64,000 bases of DNA from Sandaracinus amylolyticus (GTDB lineage Bacteria; Myxococcota_A; Polyangia; Polyangiales; Sandaracinaceae), in NCBI RefSeq assembly GCF_000737325.1, contig NZ_CP011125.1, forward strand, positions 9,931,945 to 9,995,944, given 5' to 3'. Made by a program: the position numbers and the translations under genes. Below, in pieces: positions 9,735 to 19,820 of the stretch; position 1 is the stretch's first letter; each line of letters opens with the position of its first letter. Below the pieces are notes generated by a model. The model was given only the letters and a program-made list of their open reading frames with translations, searched no databases and was not told the DNA's origin.

Positions 9735-11000
9735 ATGTCTGCCAATCACTACGAGTTCTTCAAGGTCGTCCAGGGGTACCTCGAAGAAGCCGCCGACGTC
9801 ATTCATCTGCCGCGCCACGTCGCCGACATCCTCTCGCAGCCGAAGAACGAGATCATCGTTCACTTCCCGGTGCGGATGGACAACGGCGAGATGCAGCTCT
9901 TCAAGGGCTACCGCATCCAGCACAACAACATCCGTGGTCCGTACAAGGGCGGCATTCGCTATCACGAGGCGGTCACGCTCGACGACGTGAAGGCGCTCGC
10001 GTCGATGATGACGTGGAAGTGCGCGCTGATGGACATCCCCTTCGGCGGCGCGAAGGGCGGCGTGAAGGTCAACGCGTCCAAGCACAGCAAGGACGAGCTG
10101 ATGCGCATCACGCGTCGCTTCACCCACGCGCTCGGCAGCAACATCGGCCCCGAGTACGACATCCCCGCGCCCGACGTCGGCACCAACGCGCAGACGATGG
10201 TGTGGATGATGGACACGTACATGAACCGTGTCGGCGACATGGAGAAGAACGCGCAGCGCCACGTCGTCACCGGCAAGTCGATCAGCGCCGGCGGCTCGCA
10301 GGGCCGCGAGAAGGCGACCGCGCAGGGCGCGATCTACTGCCTCCTCGAGTGGGCGAAGGACAACGACTTCCACCTCGAGGGCAAGACCGCCATCGTCCAG
10401 GGCTTCGGCAACGTCGGCTCGCACAGCTCGCAGATCCTCAACAAGCTCGGCGTGAGCACGATCGCGGTCGGCGATCACTCGGGTTACCTCTACAACCCCG
10501 AGGGCTTCAACGCGGCGAAGCTCGCGCAGTACGTGAAGCAGAACGGATCGATCGCGGGCTATCCCAGCGGTCAGCCGATCGAGCGCGAGGACTTCTTCAA
10601 GATCAAGGCGGACATCTTCATCCCCGCCGCGCTCGAGAACCAGATCGGCGCCGAAGAGGCCCGCTCGCTCTCGTGCAAGGTCGTCGTCGAGGGCGCGAAC
10701 GGCCCGACGAACCCCGAGGGTGAGCGCGTCCTCGCCGACAAGGGCATCACCGTCATCCCCGACATCCTCGCGAACGCGGGCGGCGTGACCGTCTCGTACT
10801 ACGAGTGGGTGCAGAACAAGCGCAGCGAGTTCTGGGACGCGGAAGAGGTCGACGAGAAGCTCGAGCGCCGCATGGTGCGCCAGTATCAGAAGGTGATGGA
10901 CTTCGCGCGCAACCATCGCGTCCTTCCGCGCGTCGCGGCGTACTGCCTCGCGCTGGAGAACCTGAAGGCGGCGTACGAAGAGCGCGGCATCTTCCCGTGA
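9735..11000 (+). CDS. gdhA: NAD(P)-specific glutamate dehydrogenase
   Basis: Glu/Leu/Phe/Val dehydrogenase signature region (GGAKGG, catalytic-Lys context) and a C-terminal Rossmann domain. GGAGG Shine-Dalgarno upstream. Confidence 0.9.
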   Translation: MSANHYEFFKVVQGYLEEAADVIHLPRHVADILSQPKNEIIVHFPVRMDNGEMQLFKGYRIQHNNIRGPYKGGIRYHEAVTLDDVKALASMMTWKCALMDIPFGGAKGGVKVNASKHSKDELMRITRRFTHALGSNIGPEYDIPAPDVGTNAQTMVWMMDTYMNRVGDMEKNAQRHVVTGKSISAGGSQGREKATAQGAIYCLLEWAKDNDFHLEGKTAIVQGFGNVGSHSSQILNKLGVSTIAVGDHSGYLYNPEGFNAAKLAQYVKQNGSIAGYPSGQPIEREDFFKIKADIFIPAALENQIGAEEARSLSCKVVVEGANGPTNPEGERVLADKGITVIPDILANAGGVTVSYYEWVQNKRSEFWDAEEVDEKLERRMVRQYQKVMDFARNHRVLPRVAAYCLALENLKAAYEERGIFP

Positions 11001-11025
11001 TCGACTGACCACCTCGACGAATACG

Positions 11026-11062
11026 AAAAGGCCGACTCCGATGCTCCGGAGTCGGCCTTTTC
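11026..11062. terminator. bidirectional rho-independent terminator between gdhA (+) and the yqeY-like gene (-)
   Basis: AAAA-GGCCGACTCCG-atgctc-CGGAGTCGGCC-TTTTC: an 11-bp perfect stem flanked by A and T runs on both sides. Confidence 0.55.
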
Positions 11063-11086
11063 ATTTCTCTCGAGCGTGCCAGTCGA

Positions 11087-11527
11087 CTACTTCAGCACTT
11101 CCCCCGCGACCTTCGACGCGATGCGTCCGTCGACTCCCGGGAAGCGCGCTTTGAGCTCCTTCATCAGGCGGCCCATGTCCTTCTTGCTCGAGAGCCCGAG
11201 CTCGCTCGTGACCGACGTGATCGCGGCGCGCGTCTCGTCCTCCGAGAGCATCTTCGGCAGATAGCGCTCCAGCACCGCGAGCTGCTTCTCCTCTTCCGCG
11301 ACCGCGTCCATGCGCCCACCGGCGCGGAACTGATCGATCGCGTCGCGCCGCGACTTCACGCCCTTCTGGAGCACCGCGGTCGACTCCTCGTCCGTGAGAT
11401 CGCGTCCGAGCTCGACCTCGCGGTTCAGGAGATCGGCTTTCGCGAGCCGCAGCGCGTCCTTCGCGATCTCGTCCTTCGCGAGCATCGCCTTCTTGAGATC
11501 CGCTTCGATCGTCTGCTTGAGCGACAT
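11087..11527 (-). CDS. GatB/YqeY domain protein
   Basis: Start MSLKQTIEADLKKAMLAKDE, with a Lys/Glu-rich helical YqeY-like sequence. The longer track ORF (start at 11668) adds an Arg-rich, non-coding-like extension, so I take the ATG at 11527. Confidence 0.75.
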   Translation of the reverse strand: MSLKQTIEADLKKAMLAKDEIAKDALRLAKADLLNREVELGRDLTDEESTAVLQKGVKSRRDAIDQFRAGGRMDAVAEEEKQLAVLERYLPKMLSEDETRAAITSVTSELGLSSKKDMGRLMKELKARFPGVDGRIASKVAGEVLK

Positions 11528-11591
11528 GCGGAGGTCTCTACCAGGCGCGTGCGCCCTCGAAAAGACGTCTGCTGGGACTACGCTCGCGCGC

Positions 11592-12020
11592 ATGAACACG
11601 AACGAGCTCCATCGCGGACGTCTGATCGACCACCTCCAGCTCGTCACACGCGACCTCGAGCGCAGCAAGCGCTTCTATCGCGCGGTGCTCGACACGATCG
11701 GGGTGCCGCTGGGCGGGGAAGGGCCGGGGTACTTCTGGGCGGACGAGCTCTTCGTCTCGACCCCCGAGAGCCCCGCGGCCCAGGGCCAGGTGACGGGCCG
11801 CGTGCACCTCGCCTTCCAGGCCGCGGATCGCGCGGCGGTCGATCGCTTCCACCGCGCGGCGATCGAAGCGGGCGGCACCGACCACGGCGCGCCCGGCGAG
11901 CGCCCCTATCACCCCGGGTACTACGCGGCGTTCGTGCTCGACCCCGACGGCAACAACATCGAGGTCGTGCACCACGGCCCGGCGCAGCGCTCCGCGAGCT
12001 CGGTGCAGATCAAGTTCTAA
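11592..12020 (+). CDS. VOC (glyoxalase/bleomycin-resistance) family protein
   Basis: MNTNELHRGRLIDHLQLVTRDLERSKRFY... The sequence fits the paired beta-alpha-beta-beta-beta module typical of VOC proteins. The track ORF begins upstream in junk; I take the ATG at 11592. Confidence 0.7.
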   Translation: MNTNELHRGRLIDHLQLVTRDLERSKRFYRAVLDTIGVPLGGEGPGYFWADELFVSTPESPAAQGQVTGRVHLAFQAADRAAVDRFHRAAIEAGGTDHGAPGERPYHPGYYAAFVLDPDGNNIEVVHHGPAQRSASSVQIKF

Positions 12021-13891
12021 GGCGCGTCGGGGAGGCTGCCGAGCATCTGCTCGAGCTGCTGCATCATGCGCGCGGCGTCCTCGGGCGAGCCTCCCCCGCC
12101 CGGCGCCGCGCCGCCCTGCGCCTGGCCCTGCATCAGGCCGCGCAGCACCTGCTCCATCATCGCGCGCATCGCGGGGTCCTGCATCGCGCCCTGCAGCTCG
12201 GGCGGGAGCATCGCGCCGAGCATCGCGCCCGCGTCGCCGCCTCCGAGGTCGGCGTCGCCGTGGCGCTCGTCGAGCCAGTGGCGCGCCAGCGCGCGCACCC
12301 GCGCTGCGTGCCGTCCCGTGGCGAGCGTGTCGATCGGGCCTCGCGCCGGCGCGCTCCGGAACGCGTAGCGCTCGACGTACGCGCGCAGCCCCGCGAAGAA
12401 CGCCTCGTCGCCCAGCTCGGCGCGCAGCGCCGGGTACAGGTACGGCCCCTTGCCGTACACGAGCCCGGCGTACGCGACCGAGGGACCGAACTCGCTCGTC
12501 GCACGATCCACCGCGCCGTCGGCCACGCCCATCATGCGCATCGTGCGGTAGCCCATCGCGACCTGGCGCTCGCCCTCCTGCCGCGCGCGCTCCGCGCCGT
12601 AGCGCTCCTCGACCCAGAGCATCGCGCTCCACTGCGCGAGCGACTCGTCGACCCACGGATGGGCGCGCGAGTCGCTGCCCACGAGCCCGTGCCACCACTG
12701 GTGCGCGACCTCGTGCGCCGTGACGAACTCGAGCATCGCGCTCTGCATGTCGCCCACCGCGCCCGCGCCCGCGCCGCCCAGCATCGCGCCGAGCCCGCCG
12801 AGCCCCGCCGGTCGATAGAACATGCTCGCGACGGTCACGAGCCCGCTGAACTCGACGCCGCCCGCGCCGCCGACCAGCGCGGCCTCGACCACGTCGAGCT
12901 CGCGGTAGGGATACGGACCGAAGCGCCGCTCGAACACCTCGAGCGCGCTCGCCGCCGTCTCGAGCACCCGCCGTCCCGCCTCGCGATCACGCCCGAGGTA
13001 CCACGAGCGCACGTTCACGCCGTTCACGTCGCGCGCGCTGCTCTCGAGCGCGTGGCCCACGAGGAACGAGAAGTCGCGCACCAGGCCCGCCTGCACCGTG
13101 ATCTCGCGCCGCCGCGCCCGCCCCGGCGCGTCGCGCACCGGCAGCGAGCCCGTCTCCACGCCCGTCGCGACGAGCTGCGCGCCCTGGGGCACCACGATGC
13201 GCGCCCGCACGTGGCTCATCCGATCGTTGCCGAGGTCGCCCAGCGTGCCGCGATCGTCGGTCTCCCACCGCCCCCGCTCGCGCCGCGCCAGCACCGCGAA
13301 GAAGCTCGCGAAGCTCGCGATGCCCTCGCCGCGCGCGAGCAGCCCGTAGTCGCCGCCGGTCTCGCCCATCATCCCGGCGAGGCCCTCCTGGCTCTGCGCC
13401 ATCATCGTGGTGCGCGACGCGTCGATCTCGCGCAGGCGCCCCTGCAGATCGAGCTGCACCCGCAGCGTCGCGCCCGGCGCGATCGGCGCCGACGGACGCA
13501 CCACGAGGATCGACGGCGCGGTCTGCTCGATCGTGCAGCTCACTCCGTCGAGGCACTCCCCCGCGATCATCGAGACCGGCGGCGCCTCGCCCGGCGTCGC
13601 GATCACGTTCGCGAAGATGCGCAGCGCGACCTCGCGCCACGGCGCGCGCTCGTCGTTCGTCACGTGCACGACCTCGCGCAGCCCGAACGCGCGCAGCTCG
13701 TCCTCCACCGCGACGTGCAGGTCGTAGTGCTCGAGCTGCTCGAGCCGCGCGACCTCGAGCCGCTCTGGGAGCCCCGCGCGCTGCGACTCGCGCACGTTCG
13801 CGAGCATCGGCGTCGCGTCGTACGACTGCGCCCGAGCGACGCTCGAGACGGCCCCGATCACCAGCGCGATTCCGATCGTGCGCGAGAACAT
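12017..13891 (-). CDS. secreted M1-family zinc aminopeptidase-like protein
   Basis: Signal peptide MFSRTIGIALVIGAVSSVARAQ. Gluzincin motif HEVAHQWWHG with a downstream Glu. The C-terminal tail is Gly/Met/Gln-rich. Confidence 0.8.
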   Translation of the reverse strand: MFSRTIGIALVIGAVSSVARAQSYDATPMLANVRESQRAGLPERLEVARLEQLEHYDLHVAVEDELRAFGLREVVHVTNDERAPWREVALRIFANVIATPGEAPPVSMIAGECLDGVSCTIEQTAPSILVVRPSAPIAPGATLRVQLDLQGRLREIDASRTTMMAQSQEGLAGMMGETGGDYGLLARGEGIASFASFFAVLARRERGRWETDDRGTLGDLGNDRMSHVRARIVVPQGAQLVATGVETGSLPVRDAPGRARRREITVQAGLVRDFSFLVGHALESSARDVNGVNVRSWYLGRDREAGRRVLETAASALEVFERRFGPYPYRELDVVEAALVGGAGGVEFSGLVTVASMFYRPAGLGGLGAMLGGAGAGAVGDMQSAMLEFVTAHEVAHQWWHGLVGSDSRAHPWVDESLAQWSAMLWVEERYGAERARQEGERQVAMGYRTMRMMGVADGAVDRATSEFGPSVAYAGLVYGKGPYLYPALRAELGDEAFFAGLRAYVERYAFRSAPARGPIDTLATGRHAARVRALARHWLDERHGDADLGGGDAGAMLGAMLPPELQGAMQDPAMRAMMEQVLRGLMQGQAQGGAAPGGGGSPEDAARMMQQLEQMLGSLPDAP

Positions 13892-13947
13892 GGACGTCAG
13901 GGTAACCCCTCGCACTCGCACGAGCATTTCGGGCATCCTTCGGCGCG

Positions 13948-14802
13948 ATGAGCCTCGACCCGATCGTCGATCCACGCACGCTGGTGGCGCGGCAGGAGCG
14001 CGCGAACCTGGTCCTCGTCGACGCGCGCAGCGGCAAGGACTCGCGCGAGCGCTTCGAGGCCGGTCACCTCGAGGGCGCGCGCCACGTCGATCTCGATCGC
14101 GGGCTCTCCGCGCACGTCTCGAACCCCGCGCACGGCGGGCGCCATCCGCTGCCCGATCCCCAGATGTTCGCGCGCGTGCTCGCGTGGCTCGGCGTGAGCT
14201 CGCAGAAGCGCATCGTCATCTACGACGACAAGGGCGGCGCGAACGCGGCGGCGCGCCTCTGGTGGATGCTGCGCGCGACCGGTCATCCGCGCGTGCAGGT
14301 GATCGACGGCGGCTACGACGCCGCGGTCGCGGCGGGGATCCCGGTGGTGCGCGGTCCCTCGGAGCACAGCGATCAGACGACCGCGCCGATCGGCGGGTGG
14401 GCCTCGCCGCTCGCCGACATCGACGAGGTCGCGCGTGCCGCGAGCGATCCCGGACGCCTCGTGCTCGACGTGCGTGATCCCTCGCGGTACCGCGGCGAGG
14501 CCGATCCCTTCGATCCCAACCCCGGGCACATCCCGGGCGCGGTGAACGCACCGTACGCGTCGAACCTCGACGTCGACGGGCGCTTCCTGTCGCGCGACGA
14601 GCTCGCGGCGCGGTATCGCGCGCTGATCGGGAACCGCGATCCGAGCGACGTGATCGTGTCGTGTGGATCGGGCGTCACCGCGTGCCACACGCTGCTCGCG
14701 ATGGAGCACGCCGGGCTGCCGGGCGCGAAGCTCTACGTCGGCTCGTTCAGCGAGTGGGCGCGCAGCGGGCGCCCGGTCGCCAAGGGCGACCAGCGGGGCT
14801 GA
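13948..14802 (+). CDS. sseA: thiosulfate/3-mercaptopyruvate sulfurtransferase (tandem rhodanese)
   Basis: Two rhodanese domains. The active-site loop CGSGVTACH is in the second domain. Confidence 0.85.
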   Translation: MSLDPIVDPRTLVARQERANLVLVDARSGKDSRERFEAGHLEGARHVDLDRGLSAHVSNPAHGGRHPLPDPQMFARVLAWLGVSSQKRIVIYDDKGGANAAARLWWMLRATGHPRVQVIDGGYDAAVAAGIPVVRGPSEHSDQTTAPIGGWASPLADIDEVARAASDPGRLVLDVRDPSRYRGEADPFDPNPGHIPGAVNAPYASNLDVDGRFLSRDELAARYRALIGNRDPSDVIVSCGSGVTACHTLLAMEHAGLPGAKLYVGSFSEWARSGRPVAKGDQRG

Positions 14803-14850
14803 TCTGCGCCCCCGGATGGGGACACTCCGGCGTCGCGGAGCACGATCGAA

Positions 14851-15097
14851 GCGTTCGAATGCCCTCCGGTGACGTCGGAGGAGGGCGTTCCGCGCGTTCG
14901 AATGCGCTCCGGGGACGTCGGGGGAGGCTGCTCCAGGCGTTCGAACGCCCTCCGGTGACGTCGGGGGAGGCCATTCCGAGCGTTCGAGCGCGCTCCGGGG
15001 ACGCGCGGGGAGGGCATTCCACCCGGTCGAGAGCGCGCCGGTGACGCCACGGGAGGCGACTCCACGCGTTGGAACGGGCTCCGCGACGTCCTCGCCG
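14851..15097. repeat. tandem array of about 5.7 degenerate copies of a 43-bp hairpin unit
   Basis: Unit GCGTTCGAATGCCCTCCGGTGACGTCGGAGGAGGGCGTTCCGC recurs at 14851, 14894, 14937, 14980, 15024 and 15067. Each unit has a CCTCCG...CGGAGG stem around GTGACGT. Unit 3 begins with the perfect 12-bp palindrome GCGTTCGAACGC. The array is intergenic and has no unique spacers. Confidence 0.85.
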
Positions 15098-15229
15098 GGC
15101 CCTCGCGCGCGCAGCCCGGTGTCCGGCGCGGTCGGCGTCGCGGCGTCGAAGCGCCCGGGCCGACCGCCCGCGTGGCGGTGAGAGACTTTCGCGCCCTCGG
15201 GGTCCTCCTCGGCAGCAAGGAGGCTCCCC

Positions 15230-15571
15230 GTGCGAAGGATACTGCTCCTCTTCCTGGTCCTCGGGTGCGCGCTCGGATGCGCGCGCGAGGGCGACCCAGA
15301 GGCCGAAGGACAGCCGATCGAGGGCCCGCTCCCCGAGGGCTGCGAGACGATCTGCGCGTCCTACGACTCGTCGGAGTGCCGCGTGGTGTGCACGCCGGTG
15401 CCGCCCGACGCGAGCATCCCCGACGATCCCTACGGCAACGGCCAGCCGGTCGACGCGGGCATCGCGCCGATCCCCGAGCCGCAGCCGGTCGACGCGGGGA
15501 TCGCGCCGATCCCCGAGCCGCAGCCGGTCGACGCCGGGCGCGCCGACCCCCAGCACGACCCCTACGCCTGA
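15230..15571 (+). CDS. small Cys-rich lipoprotein with an internal QPVDAGIAPIPEP duplication
   Basis: GTG start with AAGGAGG 7 nt upstream. Lipobox LVLGCALGC. Confidence 0.6.
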   Translation: MRRILLLFLVLGCALGCAREGDPEAEGQPIEGPLPEGCETICASYDSSECRVVCTPVPPDASIPDDPYGNGQPVDAGIAPIPEPQPVDAGIAPIPEPQPVDAGRADPQHDPYA

Positions 15572-15710
15572 TCTCCGCCGGCGACGGATGTGCCGCGGTG
15601 GATCCACCAAGGCGCTCTCTCGACCCACTCCTCGTCCCCACCACCGCGGGGCCGCGCCGTCGACTCGCCCACCCTCGACGGCGCGGCCCGCGCCACCCCG
15701 CGCGACGCCC

Positions 15711-16304
15711 ATGACCGCACCACTTCGCATCCACGCGCTGCCCCATCCCGACGAGCCGAGCGACGTGCAGCTCGTCGAGCGCGCGCTCGCCGGCGATCGC
15801 TGGGCCGAGGAGGCGATCTACCGCCGCCACGTGCACCGGGTGACGACCGTCGCGGCGCGCCTGCTGCGCTGTCGCGCCGACATCGAGGACGTGGTGCAGG
15901 ACGTCTTCCTCACCGCGTTCCGCGACCTCGCGGCGCTGCGCACGCCCGAGCGCCTCGCCGGGTGGCTCGCGGCGAGCACGGTGCATCGGGTGCACAAGAT
16001 CTTCCGGCGCCGGAAGCTGCAGCGGCTGCTCGGGCTCGACCGCAGCGTGCACGACGAGACGCTGGTCGATCAGGCGCGCGACGACGTGACGCCGGAGATG
16101 CGCGCGGAGCTCGCGCTGATCGACCGCGTGCTCGATCAGCTCGCCCACGACGACCGGATGGCGTGGGTGCTGCGCCACCTGCTCGGATACCAGGTCACGG
16201 AGGTCGCGGAGCTCACCGAGTGCTCGCTCGCCACCGTGCACCGCCGCCTCGCGCGCGCTCAGGCGCGCGTCGATGCCAGCTTCGGGAGCGACCGCGATGC
16301 CTGA
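15711..16304 (+). CDS. ECF (group IV) RNA polymerase sigma factor
   Basis: Sigma-70 region 2 (DVVQDVFLTAFRDLAAL) and region 4 HTH (YQVTEVAELTECSLATVHRRLARA). The upstream part of the track ORF is an Arg-rich shadow; the start is the ATG at 15711. Confidence 0.85.
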   Translation: MTAPLRIHALPHPDEPSDVQLVERALAGDRWAEEAIYRRHVHRVTTVAARLLRCRADIEDVVQDVFLTAFRDLAALRTPERLAGWLAASTVHRVHKIFRRRKLQRLLGLDRSVHDETLVDQARDDVTPEMRAELALIDRVLDQLAHDDRMAWVLRHLLGYQVTEVAELTECSLATVHRRLARAQARVDASFGSDRDA

Positions 16305-17382
16305 CCACGAGCGCGCTCGAGACGCTCTGCGCGAGCGACAGGACGAGGTCCGCGTGAAGCGGATGTGGGATCGGATCGACGGCGCGCGGAGGACCACGCC
16401 GCGCACGAGCCCCACGCGGCGCTTGGTGATCGCGGGCGCGACGCTCGCGGCGGCGGCGGTCGCGCTGGTCGTGGTGGCGCCGCGCGGTGCCGAGGATCAC
16501 GAGCCGGTGCCGCTGACGATCGCGGACACGGTGCCGCTCGCGGGCTCGCTCGCGCCGGGCAGCGTGGTGCGGCTCTCGGACGCGTCGCGCATCGAGGTCG
16601 ACGACGACGCGCGGCTCGACGTGCTCGAGAGCTCGGCGCGCACGGTCGCGCTCGCGCTGCGCGAGGGGCGGGCGCGGTTCGAGGTCACGCCGGGCGGACC
16701 GCGGGCGTGGCGCATCGAGAGCGGCGGGGTGACGGTCGAGGTCGTCGGCACCGTGTTCACGGTCGCGCGCAGCGGCGCGCGGGTGACGGTGTCGGTCGAG
16801 CGCGGCTCGGTGCTGGTGCGGGGCGACGACGTGCCCGATCACGTGCAGCGCCTCGATGCCGGCGACTCGATCGAGGTCGGGCCCGCGCCGAGCGCCGAGC
16901 CGGTGCGCGAGGACGCGCCGGTCGTGGTCGCGAGCGAGACGATCGCGGTGGAAGCACCGTCGCCGCCCGCGGTCGAGCGGCGTCCGACGCCGTCGCGCGA
17001 GGTGGATCAGGATCCCGTCGCGTCGCTGCTGGCGAGCGCCGATGCCGCGCGTCGCCGCGGCGATCACGCCGGCGCGGCGCGGCTGCTCGAGCAGGTGGTG
17101 CGCGAGCACGCGGACGATCAGCGCGCGGCGCTCGCGGCGTACAGCCTCGCGCGGCTGCGGCTCGATCGCACGGGCGAGCCGCGCGCCGCGGCGCGCGACT
17201 TCGCGCGGGCGCTCGAGCTCGGTCTCCCCGATCAGCTCGCGGAGGGCGCGCGGGCGGGACGCGCGATCGCGCTGGCGAGGACCGGTGATGCGCGCGCCGC
17301 GGAGGCGCTCGCGGCGTACCTCGAGGCCTATCCCGATGGGCGTTATCGCGCCGAGGTGCTCCGATGGCAGAGCGAGCTCTGA
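16297..17382 (+). CDS. FecR-family anti-sigma factor with C-terminal TPR-like helices
   Basis: Overlaps the sigma factor stop by 8 nt. One TM helix (LVIAGATLAAAAVALVVVA). FecR-like beta domain (RIESGGVTVEVVGTVFTVARSG...RGSVLVRGDD). Confidence 0.75.
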   Translation: MPDHERARDALRERQDEVRVKRMWDRIDGARRTTPRTSPTRRLVIAGATLAAAAVALVVVAPRGAEDHEPVPLTIADTVPLAGSLAPGSVVRLSDASRIEVDDDARLDVLESSARTVALALREGRARFEVTPGGPRAWRIESGGVTVEVVGTVFTVARSGARVTVSVERGSVLVRGDDVPDHVQRLDAGDSIEVGPAPSAEPVREDAPVVVASETIAVEAPSPPAVERRPTPSREVDQDPVASLLASADAARRRGDHAGAARLLEQVVREHADDQRAALAAYSLARLRLDRTGEPRAAARDFARALELGLPDQLAEGARAGRAIALARTGDARAAEALAAYLEAYPDGRYRAEVLRWQSEL

Positions 17383-18407
17383 GCCGCGCCGTCGCGCTGC
17401 TCTTCGTCGGGCTCGTGACGTGGCCGGCGCGCCTCGCGGCGCAGCAGCTCGAGCCGTGCGACGCGGCGTGGCTCGACGTCGATCACGTGCAGGCGATCGT
17501 GCAGGTCGAGCTCGCCGAGCAGTGGGACGCGTCGTTCGACGACACCGTGGTGCGCTTCGAGGAGTGCGCGAGCGAGCAGCCGCGCATCGTGCTGAGCACG
17601 CCCGGCGAGCCCGACGCGACGCTCACGCTGCGGCTCGCGCGCGTGAGCGCGAGGGCCCGGACGCGCCTGGTCGCGCTGGTGATCGCGGAGCTCTTGCGCA
17701 CCCGCGCGCAGGACGAGGAGATCGACGAGGCCGCCGCAGTGATCGCGAGCCCCGAGCCTGCGGTGACGACCCCTGCGCGCGCCGCGGAAGAGCCCGCGCC
17801 GGTGTCCGAGCCGGCGCCCGCGCCCAGCGTCGCGCTCGCGCTCACCGCGCCCGGGCCCGAGACGACGCTGGGGCCCGACGAGCTCGACGACCCGTTCGAG
17901 TCCCCAGCGCGCCCCCAGCCCTCGCCGTGGCGCCTCGGCGCGACGCTCGGCGCGCGCGTGTTCGTCGAGCCGCTGACGCTCGCGGCGCTCGCCGACGTGA
18001 CGCTGCGCTTCGATCGCCTGCTGATCGCGGTCTCGGGCGCGGGCACCCAGCTCGACATCGCGCCCGGGACGGTGCGCCTCGCGCAGCTCACCGGAGGCGT
18101 CGGTGTGCGCGTCCTCGAGCACCGCGGGAGCGTGCGCGTCGGCTGGGACGTGCGCGGCGATGCCGGCGCGGCGCTCGCGGCCGGCGACGGGGGCGGGTTC
18201 TTCGTGGTGGTCGAGTCGACGACGTACACGTGGGTGCTCTCGGCGAGCACCCAGCTCGAGGTGGTCTGGCCGGTCGGCCCGATCGAGCTCGGCCTCACGA
18301 CCGACGTCGGGTACCAGCGCGGGATCGTCGAGGTGAACTCGTTCGGCTCGGCGGGGCTCGGAGGGTTCTTCGCGAGCGCGGGCCTCGCGATCGGGTGGCC
18401 CCTGTGA
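17364..18407 (+). CDS. secreted hypothetical protein
   Basis: Signal peptide; overlaps the anti-sigma factor stop. The C-terminal half alternates hydrophobic residues and ends ...GLAIGWPL, so it may be a beta-barrel-like outer-membrane protein. No family recognised. Confidence 0.5.
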   Translation: MAERALSRAVALLFVGLVTWPARLAAQQLEPCDAAWLDVDHVQAIVQVELAEQWDASFDDTVVRFEECASEQPRIVLSTPGEPDATLTLRLARVSARARTRLVALVIAELLRTRAQDEEIDEAAAVIASPEPAVTTPARAAEEPAPVSEPAPAPSVALALTAPGPETTLGPDELDDPFESPARPQPSPWRLGATLGARVFVEPLTLAALADVTLRFDRLLIAVSGAGTQLDIAPGTVRLAQLTGGVGVRVLEHRGSVRVGWDVRGDAGAALAAGDGGGFFVVVESTTYTWVLSASTQLEVVWPVGPIELGLTTDVGYQRGIVEVNSFGSAGLGGFFASAGLAIGWPL

Positions 18408-18445
18408 TCGTGAGAGCTTCGGCGACCCTCGCGGTCCGTACGGGC

Positions 18446-19747
18446 ATGGGACATCGCTCGGCGCTCCTGCTGGCCGTCGTGCTCGCCGTCGGATGCAGCC
18501 ACGAGACGCGCAGCCTCGAGACCTTCGAGCCAGGGCCGTTCGCGCCCGACGGCGGCTCCCCCGACGGACCGCGCGACCCGATGCTGGCGTTCGGTCAGGC
18601 GCTGTTCTTCGACCCCGAGCTCAGCGGCAACCGCAACATCTCGTGCGGCACGTGCCACGTCCCGTTCCTCACGACGGCGGAGGGCATCCCGCTCTCGCTC
18701 GGCGAGGGCGCGACCGAGCTCGGCCAGTTCCGCACCCGCAACGACGGCGCGGTGATCCGGCGTCACGCGCTCGATCTCTTCCATCGCGTCGAGATGGACG
18801 TGCTCTTCTGGGACGGGCGCGTCGAGCGGCTACCGAGCGGCGAGGTCGTGGGCCCGGTGCCGACGCCGCCGGAGGTCACGCGCGCGCTCGAGCTCGCGTC
18901 GATCGTGCCGCTGCTCGATCGCGACGAGATGCTCGGCCAGCCCGGCGACGTGGCGAGCGACGGCCGCCCCAACGAGCTCGCGATGATCTCGGACGAACAG
19001 CCCCGGGTGATCTGGGCCGCGATCGTCGAGCGCCTGCGCCAGCACCCCGAGTACGACACGCTGTTCGTCCGCGCGTTCGGGCTCGACCCCTCGCAGATGA
19101 GCATCGGGCACGTCGCGATCGCGCTCTCGCACTTCCAGGAAGTGCTCTGGGGCCCGCGCGGCGAGACCCTCGATCCGCTGCTCGAGGCCGAGACCGCGCG
19201 CGGTCGCGCGCTCTTCGAGGGCGACGGCGGATGCACGCGGTGCCACTCGGGCGACCTCTTCACCGACCAGCGCTTCCACGACATCGCGGTGCCGCAGCTG
19301 GGGCCGGAGCTCGACCTCGGGCGCTTCGAGGTGACGGGCGTCGAGCCCGATCGGTTCGCGTTCCGTACCCCGCCGCTGCGCAACGTGGGGATCACGCCGC
19401 CCTACATGCACAACGGCGCGTTCGAGACGCTCGAGGACGCGGTGCGCCATCACATCGATCCGGTCCGGTCGCTCCGGTCCTACACCGGCGCCCATCTCTC
19501 GCCGACGCTCCGCGCGACGCTGCGCAACGACCCGGCGACCCTCGACGCGATCGAGGCGAACCTCGACCCCGCGACGGCGCCGCTGCGCACGCTGAGCGAG
19601 GACGAGGTCCGCTTCATCGTCACGTTCCTGCGATCCCTGTCGAACCCGCAGGAGATGACGCGCCACCCCGAGGATGCGCTCCCGGTGTCGGTGCCGAGCG
19701 GGCTGCCGGTCGATCGCTGGAACGGCACGCGCCATCCGTTCCGCTGA
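18446..19747 (+). CDS. di-haem cytochrome c peroxidase / MauG-family lipoprotein
   Basis: Lipobox LAVGCS. Two CxxCH motifs (CGTCH and CTRCH) in the MauG/CCP arrangement. The long N-terminal extension of the track ORF (from 16856) is a shadow frame. Confidence 0.85.
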   Translation: MGHRSALLLAVVLAVGCSHETRSLETFEPGPFAPDGGSPDGPRDPMLAFGQALFFDPELSGNRNISCGTCHVPFLTTAEGIPLSLGEGATELGQFRTRNDGAVIRRHALDLFHRVEMDVLFWDGRVERLPSGEVVGPVPTPPEVTRALELASIVPLLDRDEMLGQPGDVASDGRPNELAMISDEQPRVIWAAIVERLRQHPEYDTLFVRAFGLDPSQMSIGHVAIALSHFQEVLWGPRGETLDPLLEAETARGRALFEGDGGCTRCHSGDLFTDQRFHDIAVPQLGPELDLGRFEVTGVEPDRFAFRTPPLRNVGITPPYMHNGAFETLEDAVRHHIDPVRSLRSYTGAHLSPTLRATLRNDPATLDAIEANLDPATAPLRTLSEDEVRFIVTFLRSLSNPQEMTRHPEDALPVSVPSGLPVDRWNGTRHPFR

Positions 19748-19820
19748 TCCTTGAGCGAGGCTGGGCGGCAACCTAGAGTCCAGGGCTGGTCGCACGTCGC
19801 ACCACGTCCCGAGGAGCTCC

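Noticed and set aside
11549-13951. 800-aa (+) ORF overlapping the M1 peptidase gene, and similar long shadow ORFs (22075..26427 +, 33357..35780 +, 43272..46502 +, 31181..33370 -, 37078..39351 -, 19773..21455 -)
   Set aside because: They are low-complexity R/A/G/H-rich translations antisense to well-supported genes (HExxH peptidase, GH65, penicillin acylase, and so on). This is a typical high-GC artefact.
14851-15097. Possible CRISPR array (43-bp tandem units), and likewise the arrays at 51743-51918 and 54261-54700
   Set aside because: The units are contiguous and degenerate with no unique spacer sequences between them. There are no cas genes in the window. The repeat lengths and internal structure do not fit CRISPR.
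16856-18445. Long N-terminal extensions of the track ORFs for the CCP, GH65, DUF1552, penicillin acylase, secreted Pro-rich and lipoprotein genes
   Set aside because: The upstream portions are Arg-rich junk. Internal starts immediately precede textbook signal peptides or lipoboxes and, in several cases, Shine-Dalgarno sequences, so the shorter genes were called.
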